A stretch of DNA of 64,000 nucleotides from a candidate division WOR-3 bacterium (lineage in GTDB: Bacteria > Hydrothermota > Tepidihabitantia > Tepidihabitantales > CAIPLT01): NCBI GenBank assembly GCA_965649215.1, contig CBFGJZ010000001.1:1809-65808 (forward strand). Reading direction: 5' to 3'. The translations under genes and the position numbers were made by a program. Below, one piece after another: positions 10,255 to 20,516 of the stretch; position 1 is the first letter of the stretch, and every line of letters starts with the position of its first letter. The notes beneath the pieces are model-generated. The model made no database searches. It was not told where the DNA came from and was given only the letters and a program-made list of their open reading frames with translations.

Positions 10255-11382
10255 TTATTTCATGCGATTTGCTAATTTTTTCAAAACTTCTGGTAAAGTA
10301 GTATATTCCATTTCTGCTAATGGTAAACGATGGGGCTCAAACGGACCATGGCTACGCATAAAATTAGCAATTTTATTAGCTTGTTTTCGAGCATAATCAA
10401 ACGACGGATCATCAAACATATCCCTCGGTCCGATTAATTTTCCATCGGCAATTTGAAAACCAAAAGCAATCACGCGGGGTGGGCCATCAAATCTTGAAGG
10501 ATTAGCATCTTTTTGAGCAGTTGGCATTAACGGTCCGTAATGAGAACCACGCATCCAGCCCGTTACTAAGTGCGGAAAAGCAAATGGTTCTAAAATTTCT
10601 CCCATTGCAGGAAGACCTGATTGTCCACGAACGATTAAAACGGGATCATCTTTACCAACATAACGACCCGCAATTAAGAATAACTTCTGAGTCGAACTGG
10701 CGGCAGCAATTTCACCTTTTTTAGTGTAGACTGCTTTAATAATATAATTTTCCGCAGAACCAATTAAGACCAGAAGGTCATACATTTCTTCGGGTGTCGA
10801 AAGCATAAAGTTTTTATCTTTTTTAATATCGTGGACTTCAAATTTGAAACCATCATGCATTGCTGGGTCAATGATTAAACCAATGGTATTGAAAGGATCG
10901 GCAAACATCTTAAAGAGTGGAAAATTCCATGCCCCAGGCGCACATTTATCACCCATAAAAATAATGATCGGTTCGGATTTTCGTTCAACAAATTCCATTT
11001 CAGCAACACCCGGTCCCATACCTTTTACATTTCCTGAGAAAGCGTCGGAAAGCATATCTTGTCCTGCTCCATAGAGCTTTAGTTCTTTAGCTAACGCAGT
11101 GCATTCCTCAAAGATATGCCAGGCAAGGCCATGAATCTCTTTCGAATCACAACCCTTGCGATGAGTCATAATCAGTTCTAAATCATCGCCACAGTTTGTG
11201 ACACAATAATCAACAATGGTCTTATTTTGCTTGGCTTTACTCAAAAGATTTTTGGCTTTGTCCAAGATTTGAGGATGTGACGAAGAATGACCGACATAAC
11301 CACCAATATCTGCCTTAATTACTGAGACAGTTGTTTTGAGCACCGATTTTGTATCAGATGCTGTTTTATTTATCTTTTTCAT
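10255..11382 (-). CDS. Fructose-1,6-bisphosphate aldolase/phosphatase (bifunctional class V FBPase, archaeal type)
   Basis: N-terminal 'TVSVIKADIGGYVGHSSSHP' is the hallmark of the FBP aldolase/phosphatase family. 375 aa. Confidence 0.8.
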   Translation of the reverse strand: MKKINKTASDTKSVLKTTVSVIKADIGGYVGHSSSHPQILDKAKNLLSKAKQNKTIVDYCVTNCGDDLELIMTHRKGCDSKEIHGLAWHIFEECTALAKELKLYGAGQDMLSDAFSGNVKGMGPGVAEMEFVERKSEPIIIFMGDKCAPGAWNFPLFKMFADPFNTIGLIIDPAMHDGFKFEVHDIKKDKNFMLSTPEEMYDLLVLIGSAENYIIKAVYTKKGEIAAASSTQKLFLIAGRYVGKDDPVLIVRGQSGLPAMGEILEPFAFPHLVTGWMRGSHYGPLMPTAQKDANPSRFDGPPRVIAFGFQIADGKLIGPRDMFDDPSFDYARKQANKIANFMRSHGPFEPHRLPLAEMEYTTLPEVLKKLANRMK

Positions 11383-11861
11383 TTAATGCCTCCGTTAAGT
11401 ATTTCATATTATAAAATTAGACCGCTTATTTCTTATTTTGATGCTTTGATTTTGTTTCTATCTTTGCCTATTTTGTTGACTTATGTAGAATATCTAAAGT
11501 ACCCAAAATAGGTAATTCTTAAAGATACTGCTCTTTATAAAGTTTTCCAACTTTACTCGGCCTATTTTAAATTTATTATAGGTAAATTTAGATTGCTTGT
11601 CAATGCTTAAACACAAAACCATAACGAATTCTTAAGCTAGAGGATCTTATTGTTTGTAATACTGGTTGTAAGAGTGCTTCAGTCGCTTTGCTCCTTAGCT
11701 ACGACATTATTCTATGTCATGCTGGATTTATTTCAGCCTCTTTCTTTTTATGATACCAAGATCCTAAACAAATTAATGTCATTTTATTATCTCTACACTG
11801 CACATTTCACGGTTATAAATTTGGGTTGACGAATCTATATTTGATAAGTAAAATACTATTT

Positions 11862-12311
11862 ATGAAAATAATTGCGACGAACCGCAAGGCCTATCACGAA
11901 TACACAATATTAGAGAATTATATCGCAGGTATTGAGCTTTATGGGACTGAGGTAAAATCAGCACGTAATGGAAATGTTTCATTAGATGGTGGTTATGCGA
12001 CTGTGGAAAATGGAGAAGTCTTTCTATATGATATCAATATTGCACCTTATCAAAGTGGTAATATTTTTAATCACGAACCGAAACGAAAACGAAAACTGCT
12101 ACTTAACAGAGATGAGATTAAGAGATTGTATGGGAAAGTGAGAGAAAAGGGATATACCTTAATTCCCTTAAAATTTTTTTTTTCAGACCGTGGTTTTGCT
12201 AAGGTGGAATTAGCATTGGCAAAAGGGAAACGTACCATTGATAAACGCGAAGAATTAAAACGACGAGCCATAGAAAGGCAAGAAAGAATTGAAAGTAAGA
12301 GAAGGAGATAA
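11862..12311 (+). CDS. smpB: SsrA-binding protein
   Basis: MKIIATNRKAYHEYTILE...GTEVKS...LLLNR.E..KL followed by a basic C-terminal tail. The ORF-track start (11826, TTG) is probably upstream of the real ATG at 11862. Confidence 0.85.
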   Translation: MKIIATNRKAYHEYTILENYIAGIELYGTEVKSARNGNVSLDGGYATVENGEVFLYDINIAPYQSGNIFNHEPKRKRKLLLNRDEIKRLYGKVREKGYTLIPLKFFFSDRGFAKVELALAKGKRTIDKREELKRRAIERQERIESKRRR

Positions 12312-13365
12312 ATTGAAAAGAATTCTAAAAATAATTTTTCTTTTCTTGTCAATTTTTGTCTTGGCCGAAGGTTCTGTAATCGAATCAATTTCAATTTCCA
12401 CTATAAAAGATACAACTTTATTAGTCTTTGAAGTTGACAGCACAATTAAAGTGACTAATCAGCGCATTAACAATTCTCAGTTACAACTAGTGTTTGATGC
12501 CAAATCAGCAGTGAGTGATATTAAAAGTAGAGGTATTATCCGTAAGATTGAAGTTGATGTAGATTCCAATAAAACAAGATTTCATATCTATTTTGATAAG
12601 TTATATGATTTTCGAAGCGCTCGCCAAGCAAATAGTTTGATTTATAAATTTTATCCAATAACAATTAAAAAGATTAAATCAATTGTCCTTGATCCAGGTC
12701 ATGGTGGTATTGATCCAGGTGCAATAGGACGCAAAGGAACACAAGAAAAAGAAATAAATTTAATAATCACCAAACTTCTTAACAAGCGATTAGAAGACTA
12801 TGGTTTAAAAGTGTATCTAACCCGTAGCGATGACCGTTTTGTTTCATTAGCAGAGAGAACCCGTTTTGCCAATGAAAAGAAAGCCGACCTGTTTATCTCC
12901 ATTCATTGCAATGCTTCAAATAATAATAAAAAGGCATTAGGATTTGAAACTTACTTTTTATCAGAAGCAAAAACCGATTTAGAAAGAGCCGCCATGACCA
13001 GAGAAAATCTTGCTTTACAGTATGAGACGCAAAATAATGATCCGCTCATTGCGGATGAGCTTAGTTTAATTTTAGCAGATCTAACTCAAAATGAGTTCCT
13101 AAAAGAGTCTTATAATTTGGCATATCAAATTCAAACCGCGGCAGTTAATATCTTAAAAGATGTTGATCGAGGCGTTAAACAAGCGGGATTTTTTGTGCTG
13201 CGGGGGTGTGTGATGCCCGCAGTATTGATTGAATGCGGATTTATCTCAACTCTCAGCGAAGAACGGAAATTAACAAATAGTAAACATCGTGAAGAAGTGG
13301 CTCGGGCAATTTATACAGGAATTATCAATTATATTAAAGATTATGAAGAACGCTACAAATTTTAA
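12289..13365 (+). CDS. N-acetylmuramoyl-L-alanine amidase (Amidase_3, AmiC-like, with an N-terminal AMIN-like domain)
   Basis: 'LDPGHGGIDPGAIG...E...I...L' and '..IHCNAS..' amidase_3 motifs. The true start is possibly the TTG at about 12313, just after the smpB stop. Confidence 0.8.
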   Translation: MKVREGDKLKRILKIIFLFLSIFVLAEGSVIESISISTIKDTTLLVFEVDSTIKVTNQRINNSQLQLVFDAKSAVSDIKSRGIIRKIEVDVDSNKTRFHIYFDKLYDFRSARQANSLIYKFYPITIKKIKSIVLDPGHGGIDPGAIGRKGTQEKEINLIITKLLNKRLEDYGLKVYLTRSDDRFVSLAERTRFANEKKADLFISIHCNASNNNKKALGFETYFLSEAKTDLERAAMTRENLALQYETQNNDPLIADELSLILADLTQNEFLKESYNLAYQIQTAAVNILKDVDRGVKQAGFFVLRGCVMPAVLIECGFISTLSEERKLTNSKHREEVARAIYTGIINYIKDYEERYKF

Positions 13366-13379
13366 TAAAATATTCAGTA

Positions 13380-14195
13380 ATGATAAAAAATAAAAGACAA
13401 AGAGCGATCGGGGTTTTTGACTCTGGTATTGGTGGTCTTTCAGTTGTAAAAGCATTACATAAGATTTTACCACATGAAGATATTATCTATTTTGGCGATA
13501 CCGCACGCTTACCCTATGGTACAAAATCCAGCGACACAATTAAACGCTTTGCTCTGCAAGACGCAGAATTTTTACTGAACCGAGATGTGAAAGTTATCAT
13601 TATTGCTTGTCATACCGCAGCCGCAATTGCTTTAGATGATTTACAAAAAAAGTATTCAATTCCAATTATTGGGGTAATTGAACCCGGCGCTCGAGCAGTT
13701 GTTAAAGCAACCAAGAATAAAAAGGTAGGCGTAATCGCAACTCAAGCAACAATTTTAGCAGGTGCTTACGAACGAGCAATTAAGAGACTGGATCCAGAAA
13801 TTGAAATCATTGCTAAACCTACTCCATTATTTGTTTCATTAGCCGAAGAGGGCTGGCTTAATAACCCAGTTACTTATCAAGTTGCGAAGATTTATTTAAA
13901 ACCTTTATCTAAAGAGAAGATCGACGCTTTACTATTAGGTTGTACCCATTACCCTCTTTTAAAACGGCCGATCAAACAAGTTTTCGGCAAGAAAGTGAAA
14001 ATCGTTGATGCCTCTTTAGAAACCGCTCTTGCTACGCGAAATATCTTAAATCAACATAGATTAGATAATTCCCAAACTAAAGAAGGGACGATGCGATTTT
14101 ATTTTTCAGATCTAACACCGAATCTATCCAATATTGGTCGTATGTTTATCGGTCACGAACTGACGGAAGTTTATCGAACTTCTTTAGCAGAATAA
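13380..14195 (+). CDS. murI: Glutamate racemase
   Basis: 'IGVFDSGIGGLSV', 'YFGDTARLPYG', 'IACHTA' and 'GCTHYPLL' motifs. Confidence 0.9.
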   Translation: MIKNKRQRAIGVFDSGIGGLSVVKALHKILPHEDIIYFGDTARLPYGTKSSDTIKRFALQDAEFLLNRDVKVIIIACHTAAAIALDDLQKKYSIPIIGVIEPGARAVVKATKNKKVGVIATQATILAGAYERAIKRLDPEIEIIAKPTPLFVSLAEEGWLNNPVTYQVAKIYLKPLSKEKIDALLLGCTHYPLLKRPIKQVFGKKVKIVDASLETALATRNILNQHRLDNSQTKEGTMRFYFSDLTPNLSNIGRMFIGHELTEVYRTSLAE

Positions 14196-14200
14196 CTAAA

Positions 14201-14917
14201 ATGGTACGCAGTGACGGTCGTAAGTTTGATCAAGCGCGTAAAATTGAATTTATCCTTGATTACTTAGCATATGCCGAAGGATCTTGTTTAGCTATCGCAG
14301 GTAATACCAAAGTTTTATGTGCTGCGACTTTTGAATCGAAAGTTCCACCACATTTATTGGGCAGCGGCAAAGGTTGGATAACCGCAGAATATAGTTTATT
14401 GCCGCGTTCTACTCAAGAGAGAACAGTTCGGGAATCCACAATTGGGAAATTACAGGGACGCAATCAAGAAATCCGACGATTTTTAGGTCGTTCCTTACGA
14501 GCGGTATGTAATTTAGCAAATTTAGGTGAAAACCAAATAATTATTGATTGCGATGTGCTTCAAGCGGATGGAGGAACAAGAACACTTGCTTTAAACGGTG
14601 CATTTTGTGCGTTAGTGCAATGTGTTAAAAAGCTTATTAAACACAAGCAGATCGATAAAAATCCGATTATTGAACATATTGGAGCAATCAGCGTTGGTAT
14701 CGTTCAGAATAGTATCTTAGTGGATTTAGATTACCAGGAAGATAGCCAAGCCCAAGTCGATATGAATGTCGTAATCACAGAAAACGGACGGATTGTTGAA
14801 ATACAAGCATCCGCAGAACAGATGCCATTTAGTTTTCAACAATTTCAAACTATGTTTCGTTTAGCCAAGAAAACGATCAACAAAATCATTCAATATCAAA
14901 AGCAAATTCTTAAATGA
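14201..14917 (+). CDS. rph: Ribonuclease PH
   Basis: 'RSDGR...R.I.....Y...AEGSCL' and 'DCDVLQADGGTRT' motifs. Confidence 0.85.
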   Translation: MVRSDGRKFDQARKIEFILDYLAYAEGSCLAIAGNTKVLCAATFESKVPPHLLGSGKGWITAEYSLLPRSTQERTVRESTIGKLQGRNQEIRRFLGRSLRAVCNLANLGENQIIIDCDVLQADGGTRTLALNGAFCALVQCVKKLIKHKQIDKNPIIEHIGAISVGIVQNSILVDLDYQEDSQAQVDMNVVITENGRIVEIQASAEQMPFSFQQFQTMFRLAKKTINKIIQYQKQILK

Positions 14918-14927
14918 TTGTTAGCAT

Positions 14928-15911
14928 TTGATGATTAAGGAGTTCAGTCGTATCGTCTCAGAAAAAATGTGGGGTAAAAGGCTTGATCATTATCTGATTG
15001 TATCAGGGATTGGCGTCTCGAGAAATCGGCTACATCATTTAATTCGGGAAGGGGCAGTATTAGTTAACGATAAAAAATCAAAGCCCAGTTATCAAGTAAA
15101 ACCAGGTGACAAAATCATAGTGCATTTTGAAATTAATGATAATTATACAATTTTACCGGAACCAATGCCCCTTGATATTATTTATGAAGATGAAGATGTT
15201 ATTGTTTTAAATAAACCCGTTGGTGTTGTTGTCCATCCAGCTCGTGGTCATAGTAACGGTACTTTGGTCCAGGGTTTATTATATCACTGTCAAGAACTAC
15301 CAGCTCATCCGAATAGTAAGATTAGACCTGGCGTAATTCATCGATTAGATAAAGATACATCCGGATTACTTTTATTCGCAAAAACGGATTTTGCGTTAAG
15401 TAGTTTAGGTAAAGCAATCGAGGCTCGAAAAATCAACCGGGAATATCTCTGTCTTGCGTGGGGTAACTTTGCGCAAGACCACGGGGTTATCGAAGCACCT
15501 ATTGGTCGACATAGTTTAGATAAAACAAAAATGGCAGTAACGCCCTTTGCTTCAAGAAGTGCAATTACAAAGTTCGAAGTGATTAAAAGATATCGAATTG
15601 CAACTTATTTACGATTAAAATTATATACTGGTCGGACACATCAAATTCGAGTTCACTTGCAACATTATGGTCATCCAGTCGTGGGCGACCCAGATTATGG
15701 AGGGCGCAGCCGAAATGTGGTGCGTAATAAATCAGACATGATGATTTATAAAACGATACTCGATCTTATATCAAGACAGGCATTGCATGCTTATAAAATA
15801 GGTTTTCAACATCCCCGAAGTGGTAAATATCTTGAATTCACTGTTCCATTAACTGACGATATTGTTAAGCTATTACAATACTTAGATAGTATAAAAGCAA
15901 TTGACAAATAA
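14928..15911 (+). CDS. 23S rRNA pseudouridine synthase, RluA/RluD family, with an S4 domain
   Basis: 'RLD..L' S4-like N-terminus and catalytic 'HRLDKDTSGLLLFAKTD'. Confidence 0.8.
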   Translation: MMIKEFSRIVSEKMWGKRLDHYLIVSGIGVSRNRLHHLIREGAVLVNDKKSKPSYQVKPGDKIIVHFEINDNYTILPEPMPLDIIYEDEDVIVLNKPVGVVVHPARGHSNGTLVQGLLYHCQELPAHPNSKIRPGVIHRLDKDTSGLLLFAKTDFALSSLGKAIEARKINREYLCLAWGNFAQDHGVIEAPIGRHSLDKTKMAVTPFASRSAITKFEVIKRYRIATYLRLKLYTGRTHQIRVHLQHYGHPVVGDPDYGGRSRNVVRNKSDMMIYKTILDLISRQALHAYKIGFQHPRSGKYLEFTVPLTDDIVKLLQYLDSIKAIDK

Positions 15912-15935
15912 AACAAGTATCCATACACTGATGCT

Positions 15936-16343
15936 ATGAATTGGTATCTTTATATTCATCCTTTAATTCAAGTTAGCGCTTTAATAATTGGGATAACCAA
16001 TCTTAGGATCGGTTTTAATCTGAGCAAGACTTGGACATTTCCAATTCGTAAACATCGAGCATTAGGATTAATTTTTTTTGTTTTATTATTGAGTGGAACC
16101 ATTATTGGTTGGCAAGTTAATCGAGCACTGAATAACATCGGTATGGCATTTCATATTGCCGGGCATCGATTTATTGCATTGTTAATTATCATTCTACTTT
16201 TTCTCATAATGATTTCTGGATTTATGAGCCAAAAATATCAGTATCGCATACAATGGTTAGGAGTTTTACATAGTGGCTTGAGTATTCTTTTATTAGGTTT
16301 GATTTCTGCCCAACTCTTTGGTTTTTTATTAAAGGTTTTATAA
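15936..16343 (+). CDS. hypothetical integral membrane protein (4 predicted TM segments)
   Basis: 135 aa with a hydrophobic profile. No family recognised. Confidence 0.4.
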   Translation: MNWYLYIHPLIQVSALIIGITNLRIGFNLSKTWTFPIRKHRALGLIFFVLLLSGTIIGWQVNRALNNIGMAFHIAGHRFIALLIIILLFLIMISGFMSQKYQYRIQWLGVLHSGLSILLLGLISAQLFGFLLKVL

Positions 16344-16401
16344 TCATAAATTATGATAACAATATTGACAAATCTTATATTTTATCTATGCTATATTATC
16401 T

Positions 16402-16477
16402 GGGCTCGTAGTGTAGCTTGGTTTAACACGTCGCCCTGTCACGGCGAAGATCGCCAGTTCAAATCTGGTCGAGCCCG
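16402..16477 (+). tRNA. tRNA-Asp (anticodon GTC)
   Basis: Cloverleaf folded by hand: acceptor GGGCTCG/CGAGCCC, D-stem GTGT/ACAC, anticodon stem TCGCC/GGCGA, loop CTGTCAC, T-arm GCCAG-TTCAAAT-CTGGT, discriminator G. A T-tract follows. Confidence 0.85.
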
Positions 16478-16507
16478 TTTTATTTTTATCACCGTTAATT
16501 GAATTCC

Positions 16508-17359
16508 GTGAAAAAAATTAAAAAAATAATACTAATTGTTTTGGTTTGTGTTTTAATTATTTTTATCACGAGAGCGATAATAAAATATCGACAGTTTTAT
16601 CAATATTCAGCTTCCAAGGAAGATATTAAAAGTTTTTCTGCAGTAGTAGAAACGCTAAATAATGCATTGAAACAAAAAGATATTAATAAATTGTACAATC
16701 TTTTTAATTCGGCATTTCAAAAAGAAGTTAGTTTTGATAAATTCAAACAAAGTTATCTCGATTGGTTAGGAGCGAGAGAGTATAGTTCCATGAAAATACA
16801 AAGCTTACGCGTATTAGGGCGGATAGGTCATGTTTCAAGTAAATTAAAATTTAAAGATTCGCCGGAGACATTTTTATACCAATCATGGATAAAGACTTCA
16901 CGAGGATGGAGATTAGTCTGGTTAAATAGATTGCTACCTAAAGAAATGTTACATTATGGAGAATCTCAAAAATATGAGATTCAGATTCTTAAACAAAGAA
17001 GTTTAGAAGAATTGTTTGTCCATGATAAAATAAGATTAATTACTCGTGACTTGCAAATTCCAAAAAATATTTTTATTGAAACCAAACAAGCTCGAAGTAA
17101 GTCTTTTTATCAGCTTTCTAATTTTATTGTGAATGAATTAACCAAGCAAGAAATAATGGCTCAAGCCCATAAGACCGATGCATATTATTATTTGGAATTT
17201 GCAACAGTAAGGATTATTGATGATATTGCCTCGGTCTATATTGACATCCATCCCTTATATGCCAATATTCCCCGCTTAAATCGAAGTCGTGGTATTCAGT
17301 TATTTTTTATTCGTAATAATGAAGGTTGGGATTTTGATAGTCCAGGGGCGCGATGGTAA
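16508..17359 (+). CDS. hypothetical membrane-anchored protein
   Basis: A likely GTG start gives VKKIKKIILIVLVCVLIIFI (N-terminal TM). No family recognised. Confidence 0.4.
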   Translation: MKKIKKIILIVLVCVLIIFITRAIIKYRQFYQYSASKEDIKSFSAVVETLNNALKQKDINKLYNLFNSAFQKEVSFDKFKQSYLDWLGAREYSSMKIQSLRVLGRIGHVSSKLKFKDSPETFLYQSWIKTSRGWRLVWLNRLLPKEMLHYGESQKYEIQILKQRSLEELFVHDKIRLITRDLQIPKNIFIETKQARSKSFYQLSNFIVNELTKQEIMAQAHKTDAYYYLEFATVRIIDDIASVYIDIHPLYANIPRLNRSRGIQLFFIRNNEGWDFDSPGARW

Positions 17360-17429
17360 TATAAGAAGGTTATAACTTAATAGAAAAGAAAAATTATTAT
17401 AATAAGTTTAGCCAAAGAGTTTTTAGCTG

Positions 17430-18263
17430 TTAAATTCGGGCATAGGAACTTCGTATTAATGGTCCAGCAAAGACAAATTTAATGCCACTATTTATTGCTA
17501 AATTGCGATAATAATTGAATGTTTCATTATCAACATATTCGACCACCGGCAGTAAGTAAGGAGCAGGTTGTAAGTACTGGCCGATCGTGAGAACCGAAAT
17601 ACCAACTTTTGCTAAATCATTTATTGTTTCTTTGACATCAGTATGGTTTTCACCGAGGCCAACCATAAAGCCGCTTTTTAAGATTAAATCAGGTTTGTAT
17701 TCATGTACTTTCTTGAGTAAGTTTAGCGATCTTGTATAATTAGCGTTTGGATCACGGACATATTTTGATAATCTTTCTACCGTTTCTATATTGTGAGCAA
17801 AGACATCGCAACCCGCATCAACTACTGTTTGCAATGATTTTTCATTACCTTGAAAATCAGGTACTAGTACTTCTACTTTAATATGACAATTGGATTCTTT
17901 TATTGCTGTAACGGTTTTTGCAAATGCAGAACCACCGCCATCGGCAAGATCATCTCTGGTGACTGAGGTAATAGTAACATAATTAAGATTTAATTTTTTA
18001 ATAAGGTTAACAATTTTTGCTGCTTCGTGGGGATCTAACTTGCCGTTTGGATTACCTGATGTGACAGCACAAAAATGACAATGGCGAGTACAGATATTTC
18101 CTAAAATCATAAAAGTCATAGCGTTTTTACTCCAACATTCAATGCGATTGGGGCATCTGGCTTCGATACATACAGTATTGATTTTTGTTTGCTTAAGAGT
18201 TTGTTTCACTCGTTCGTAGGCTTGGTTAGTCGCTAATTTTATCTTAAAATAATTTGGCTTCAT
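17430..18263 (-). CDS. lipA: Lipoyl synthase
   Basis: Two Cys clusters, 'CEARCPNRIECW' and 'CTRHCHFC' (radical SAM). Confidence 0.9.
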   Translation of the reverse strand: MKPNYFKIKLATNQAYERVKQTLKQTKINTVCIEARCPNRIECWSKNAMTFMILGNICTRHCHFCAVTSGNPNGKLDPHEAAKIVNLIKKLNLNYVTITSVTRDDLADGGGSAFAKTVTAIKESNCHIKVEVLVPDFQGNEKSLQTVVDAGCDVFAHNIETVERLSKYVRDPNANYTRSLNLLKKVHEYKPDLILKSGFMVGLGENHTDVKETINDLAKVGISVLTIGQYLQPAPYLLPVVEYVDNETFNYYRNLAINSGIKFVFAGPLIRSSYARI

Positions 18264-18367
18264 ATTTACTACTTTATGATATATAAAAATAACAAAATGT
18301 CAAATTATCCTGAGCGGGATGCGTTGATATCTTGACATTGAGTATATTTTTTTTATACTCATTTACG

Positions 18368-18751
18368 ATGTTTCGGAAAAAAAGAAACTTCGAATTTATC
18401 AGTAAAGACGATACGAATCGATTAGATACTTTTGTCGGAAGATTAACAAAGTTAAAAGGTGATATTGAGATAACGGGTTCGATTAGAATAGACGGTGAAA
18501 TTGAGGGCAATATTTCGGTATCCGATAGTTTAATCTGTGGTCAGGAATCTTTTATTAAGGGCAATGTAATTTGCAATTCGGCAATTATTGCGGGTCGAAT
18601 TGAAGGTAATATTTCGGCACAAGGTTCAGTCGAACTGCAATCCGGCGCCAATATCATTGGCGATATTACTTGTGCAAGTTTAATAATTGATAAGAATTGT
18701 TTTTTTGATGGAAAGTGTAATATGCAAGGAAAGGAAAAAAATGAGAGATAG
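18368..18751 (+). CDS. Bactofilin family cytoskeletal protein
   Basis: Repetitive beta-helical 'G.I.G.I.G....V.G.I' pattern (DUF583). The ATG at 18368 is preferred over the upstream hydrophobic extension. Confidence 0.7.
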   Translation: MFRKKRNFEFISKDDTNRLDTFVGRLTKLKGDIEITGSIRIDGEIEGNISVSDSLICGQESFIKGNVICNSAIIAGRIEGNISAQGSVELQSGANIIGDITCASLIIDKNCFFDGKCNMQGKEKNER

Positions 18752-18753
18752 TT

Positions 18754-19503
18754 ATGCTTCATAATTTACAAAGTAAAAGAGTGATTATTACGGGTGGTGG
18801 TTCTGGCATCGGTAAAGCCATTGCAAGAACATTTGCCGAAGCCGGGGCTTTGATTGCCGTGTGTGATATTAATTATGAAGCAGCTCAAATTGCTGCAAAA
18901 GAAATTGAGATTATCGGAGCAAAAGCGATTGCGTATAAGGTTGATGTTGGTGATTATAAAGCAGTTTACGAAATTACGGAAAAGATAGTGCAGGATTTTG
19001 GCACGGTTGAGATTTTGATAAATAACGCCGGGATTACGAAAGATAGTTTATTATTACGAATGAAAGAAGAAGATTTTGATGAAGTAATAAGAATCAACTT
19101 AAAAGGAACATTTAATTTTACCCGCGCATGTCTTAAGTATCTGATTAAAGAACGGTGGGGTCGGATTATAAATATCTCCTCGGTGATTGGTGAAATGGGC
19201 AATATTGGGCAAGCCAATTATGCTGCCGCAAAAGCAGGTATTATTGGTTTTACGAAAGCCACCGCTAAAGAAGTTGCGAGCCGTAATATAACTGTCAATG
19301 CAATCGCACCGGGTTTTATTAAAACCCCAATGACGGAGAGACTACCGGATGCGATCCGACAAGAATATTTAAAACAAATCCCCTTGGGTCGAGAAGGAAC
19401 GCCGGAAGAAATCGCATATCTTTGTCTATATCTTTGTTCGGAACAAGCATCATATATCACCGGTCAGGTTATTCGGATTGATGGTGGAATGTTGATTGCC
19501 TAA
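18754..19503 (+). CDS. fabG: 3-oxoacyl-[ACP] reductase (SDR family)
   Basis: 'ITGGGSGIGKAIA', 'NNAG' and 'YAAAKAGIIGFTK' motifs. Confidence 0.8.
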   Translation: MLHNLQSKRVIITGGGSGIGKAIARTFAEAGALIAVCDINYEAAQIAAKEIEIIGAKAIAYKVDVGDYKAVYEITEKIVQDFGTVEILINNAGITKDSLLLRMKEEDFDEVIRINLKGTFNFTRACLKYLIKERWGRIINISSVIGEMGNIGQANYAAAKAGIIGFTKATAKEVASRNITVNAIAPGFIKTPMTERLPDAIRQEYLKQIPLGREGTPEEIAYLCLYLCSEQASYITGQVIRIDGGMLIA

Positions 19504-19594
19504 AATCATTAAATAATTGCCAAGCGTTGGTTAGTAATAATAAAGATAATTACTTGACAGGGAGAGAAAACTTAATTATACTGATTGGGACACG

Positions 19595-20461
19595 ATGAGT
19601 AAACTTAATATAATATTGTTTGAGAAAAAAATAAATCGGATTGTTAGTTTTACGATAAGAAAATATGTTTTATATTTAATTGTCGGATTAATATTTTTAC
19701 TCATTCCTTTTAGTCTCTATTTAATGATTGTCAATAGTCAACAGATTTTATTTAAGAATCGTTATCAGCGACTTATTCAAGAGAACACTAATCTTAAAAA
19801 CGAATTATTCGTTGTCAAATCACAAGTTGATACATTAAGTAAACAATTAAGGGAATTAGCAGAACTTGACGCGCAAATTCGTTTAGCTGCCAATTTAGAG
19901 CTTTTGCCAAAAGATCTTCAAGCCATGGGATATGGGGGAAGTAAAAATAGTGAACTAATTGCTTCGGTTGATAATTTAATTGAACGTGCACGTCTTCAAG
20001 AAAAGAGTTTTCGGGAACTTAACAGATTTTTCGAGCAGCAAAAAGTTCTATTAGAACATACACCATCAATTTGGCCCGTATCAGGTTATATCTCAAGTGG
20101 TTTCGGTTATCGCAAATCCCCGTTTAGCAATAAAACAGATTTTCATGATGGAATTGATATCGTGGCACCATTAGGTACGCCCATCCGTTCGCCCGCGGCA
20201 GGCAGGGTTGTCTATGCCGGTTATAAAGCAGGATGGGGTAATTATGTAGAAATCGATCATGGTTATGGTTATATAACGGTTTATGGACACTGTCAGCAAA
20301 TTAAAGTGTTTAAGGGACAGCGAGTTAATCGCGGCGATACGATTGCGACGGTCGGACGGACGGGCAGTGCAACCGGCAATCATCTTCATTATGGTATTAA
20401 GGTTGCTGGTAATTGGGTTAACCCGCTAAATTATATTTTAACCGATTACGCTACCCAATAA
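19595..20461 (+). CDS. M23 peptidase with an N-terminal TM and coiled coil (EnvC/NlpD-like)
   Basis: 'FHDGIDIVAPLGTPIRSPAAGRVVYAG...GNYVEIDHGYGYITVYGH' motif. A good -35/-10 (TTGACAG-17-TATACT) sits at about 19555-19585. Confidence 0.8.
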   Translation: MSKLNIILFEKKINRIVSFTIRKYVLYLIVGLIFLLIPFSLYLMIVNSQQILFKNRYQRLIQENTNLKNELFVVKSQVDTLSKQLRELAELDAQIRLAANLELLPKDLQAMGYGGSKNSELIASVDNLIERARLQEKSFRELNRFFEQQKVLLEHTPSIWPVSGYISSGFGYRKSPFSNKTDFHDGIDIVAPLGTPIRSPAAGRVVYAGYKAGWGNYVEIDHGYGYITVYGHCQQIKVFKGQRVNRGDTIATVGRTGSATGNHLHYGIKVAGNWVNPLNYILTDYATQ

Positions 20462-20516
20462 GATAATCACCAATAACCAACTTTGCGAATCAGTGATATT
20501 AAGGAGTGGTTTATAT

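Noticed and set aside
11383-11861. A possible tmRNA (ssrA) adjacent to smpB
   Set aside because: No tRNA-like acceptor or T-arm (GGTTCGA.TCC...CCA) and no tag-peptide reading frame on either strand. The region is AT-rich, whereas tmRNAs are GC-rich and structured.
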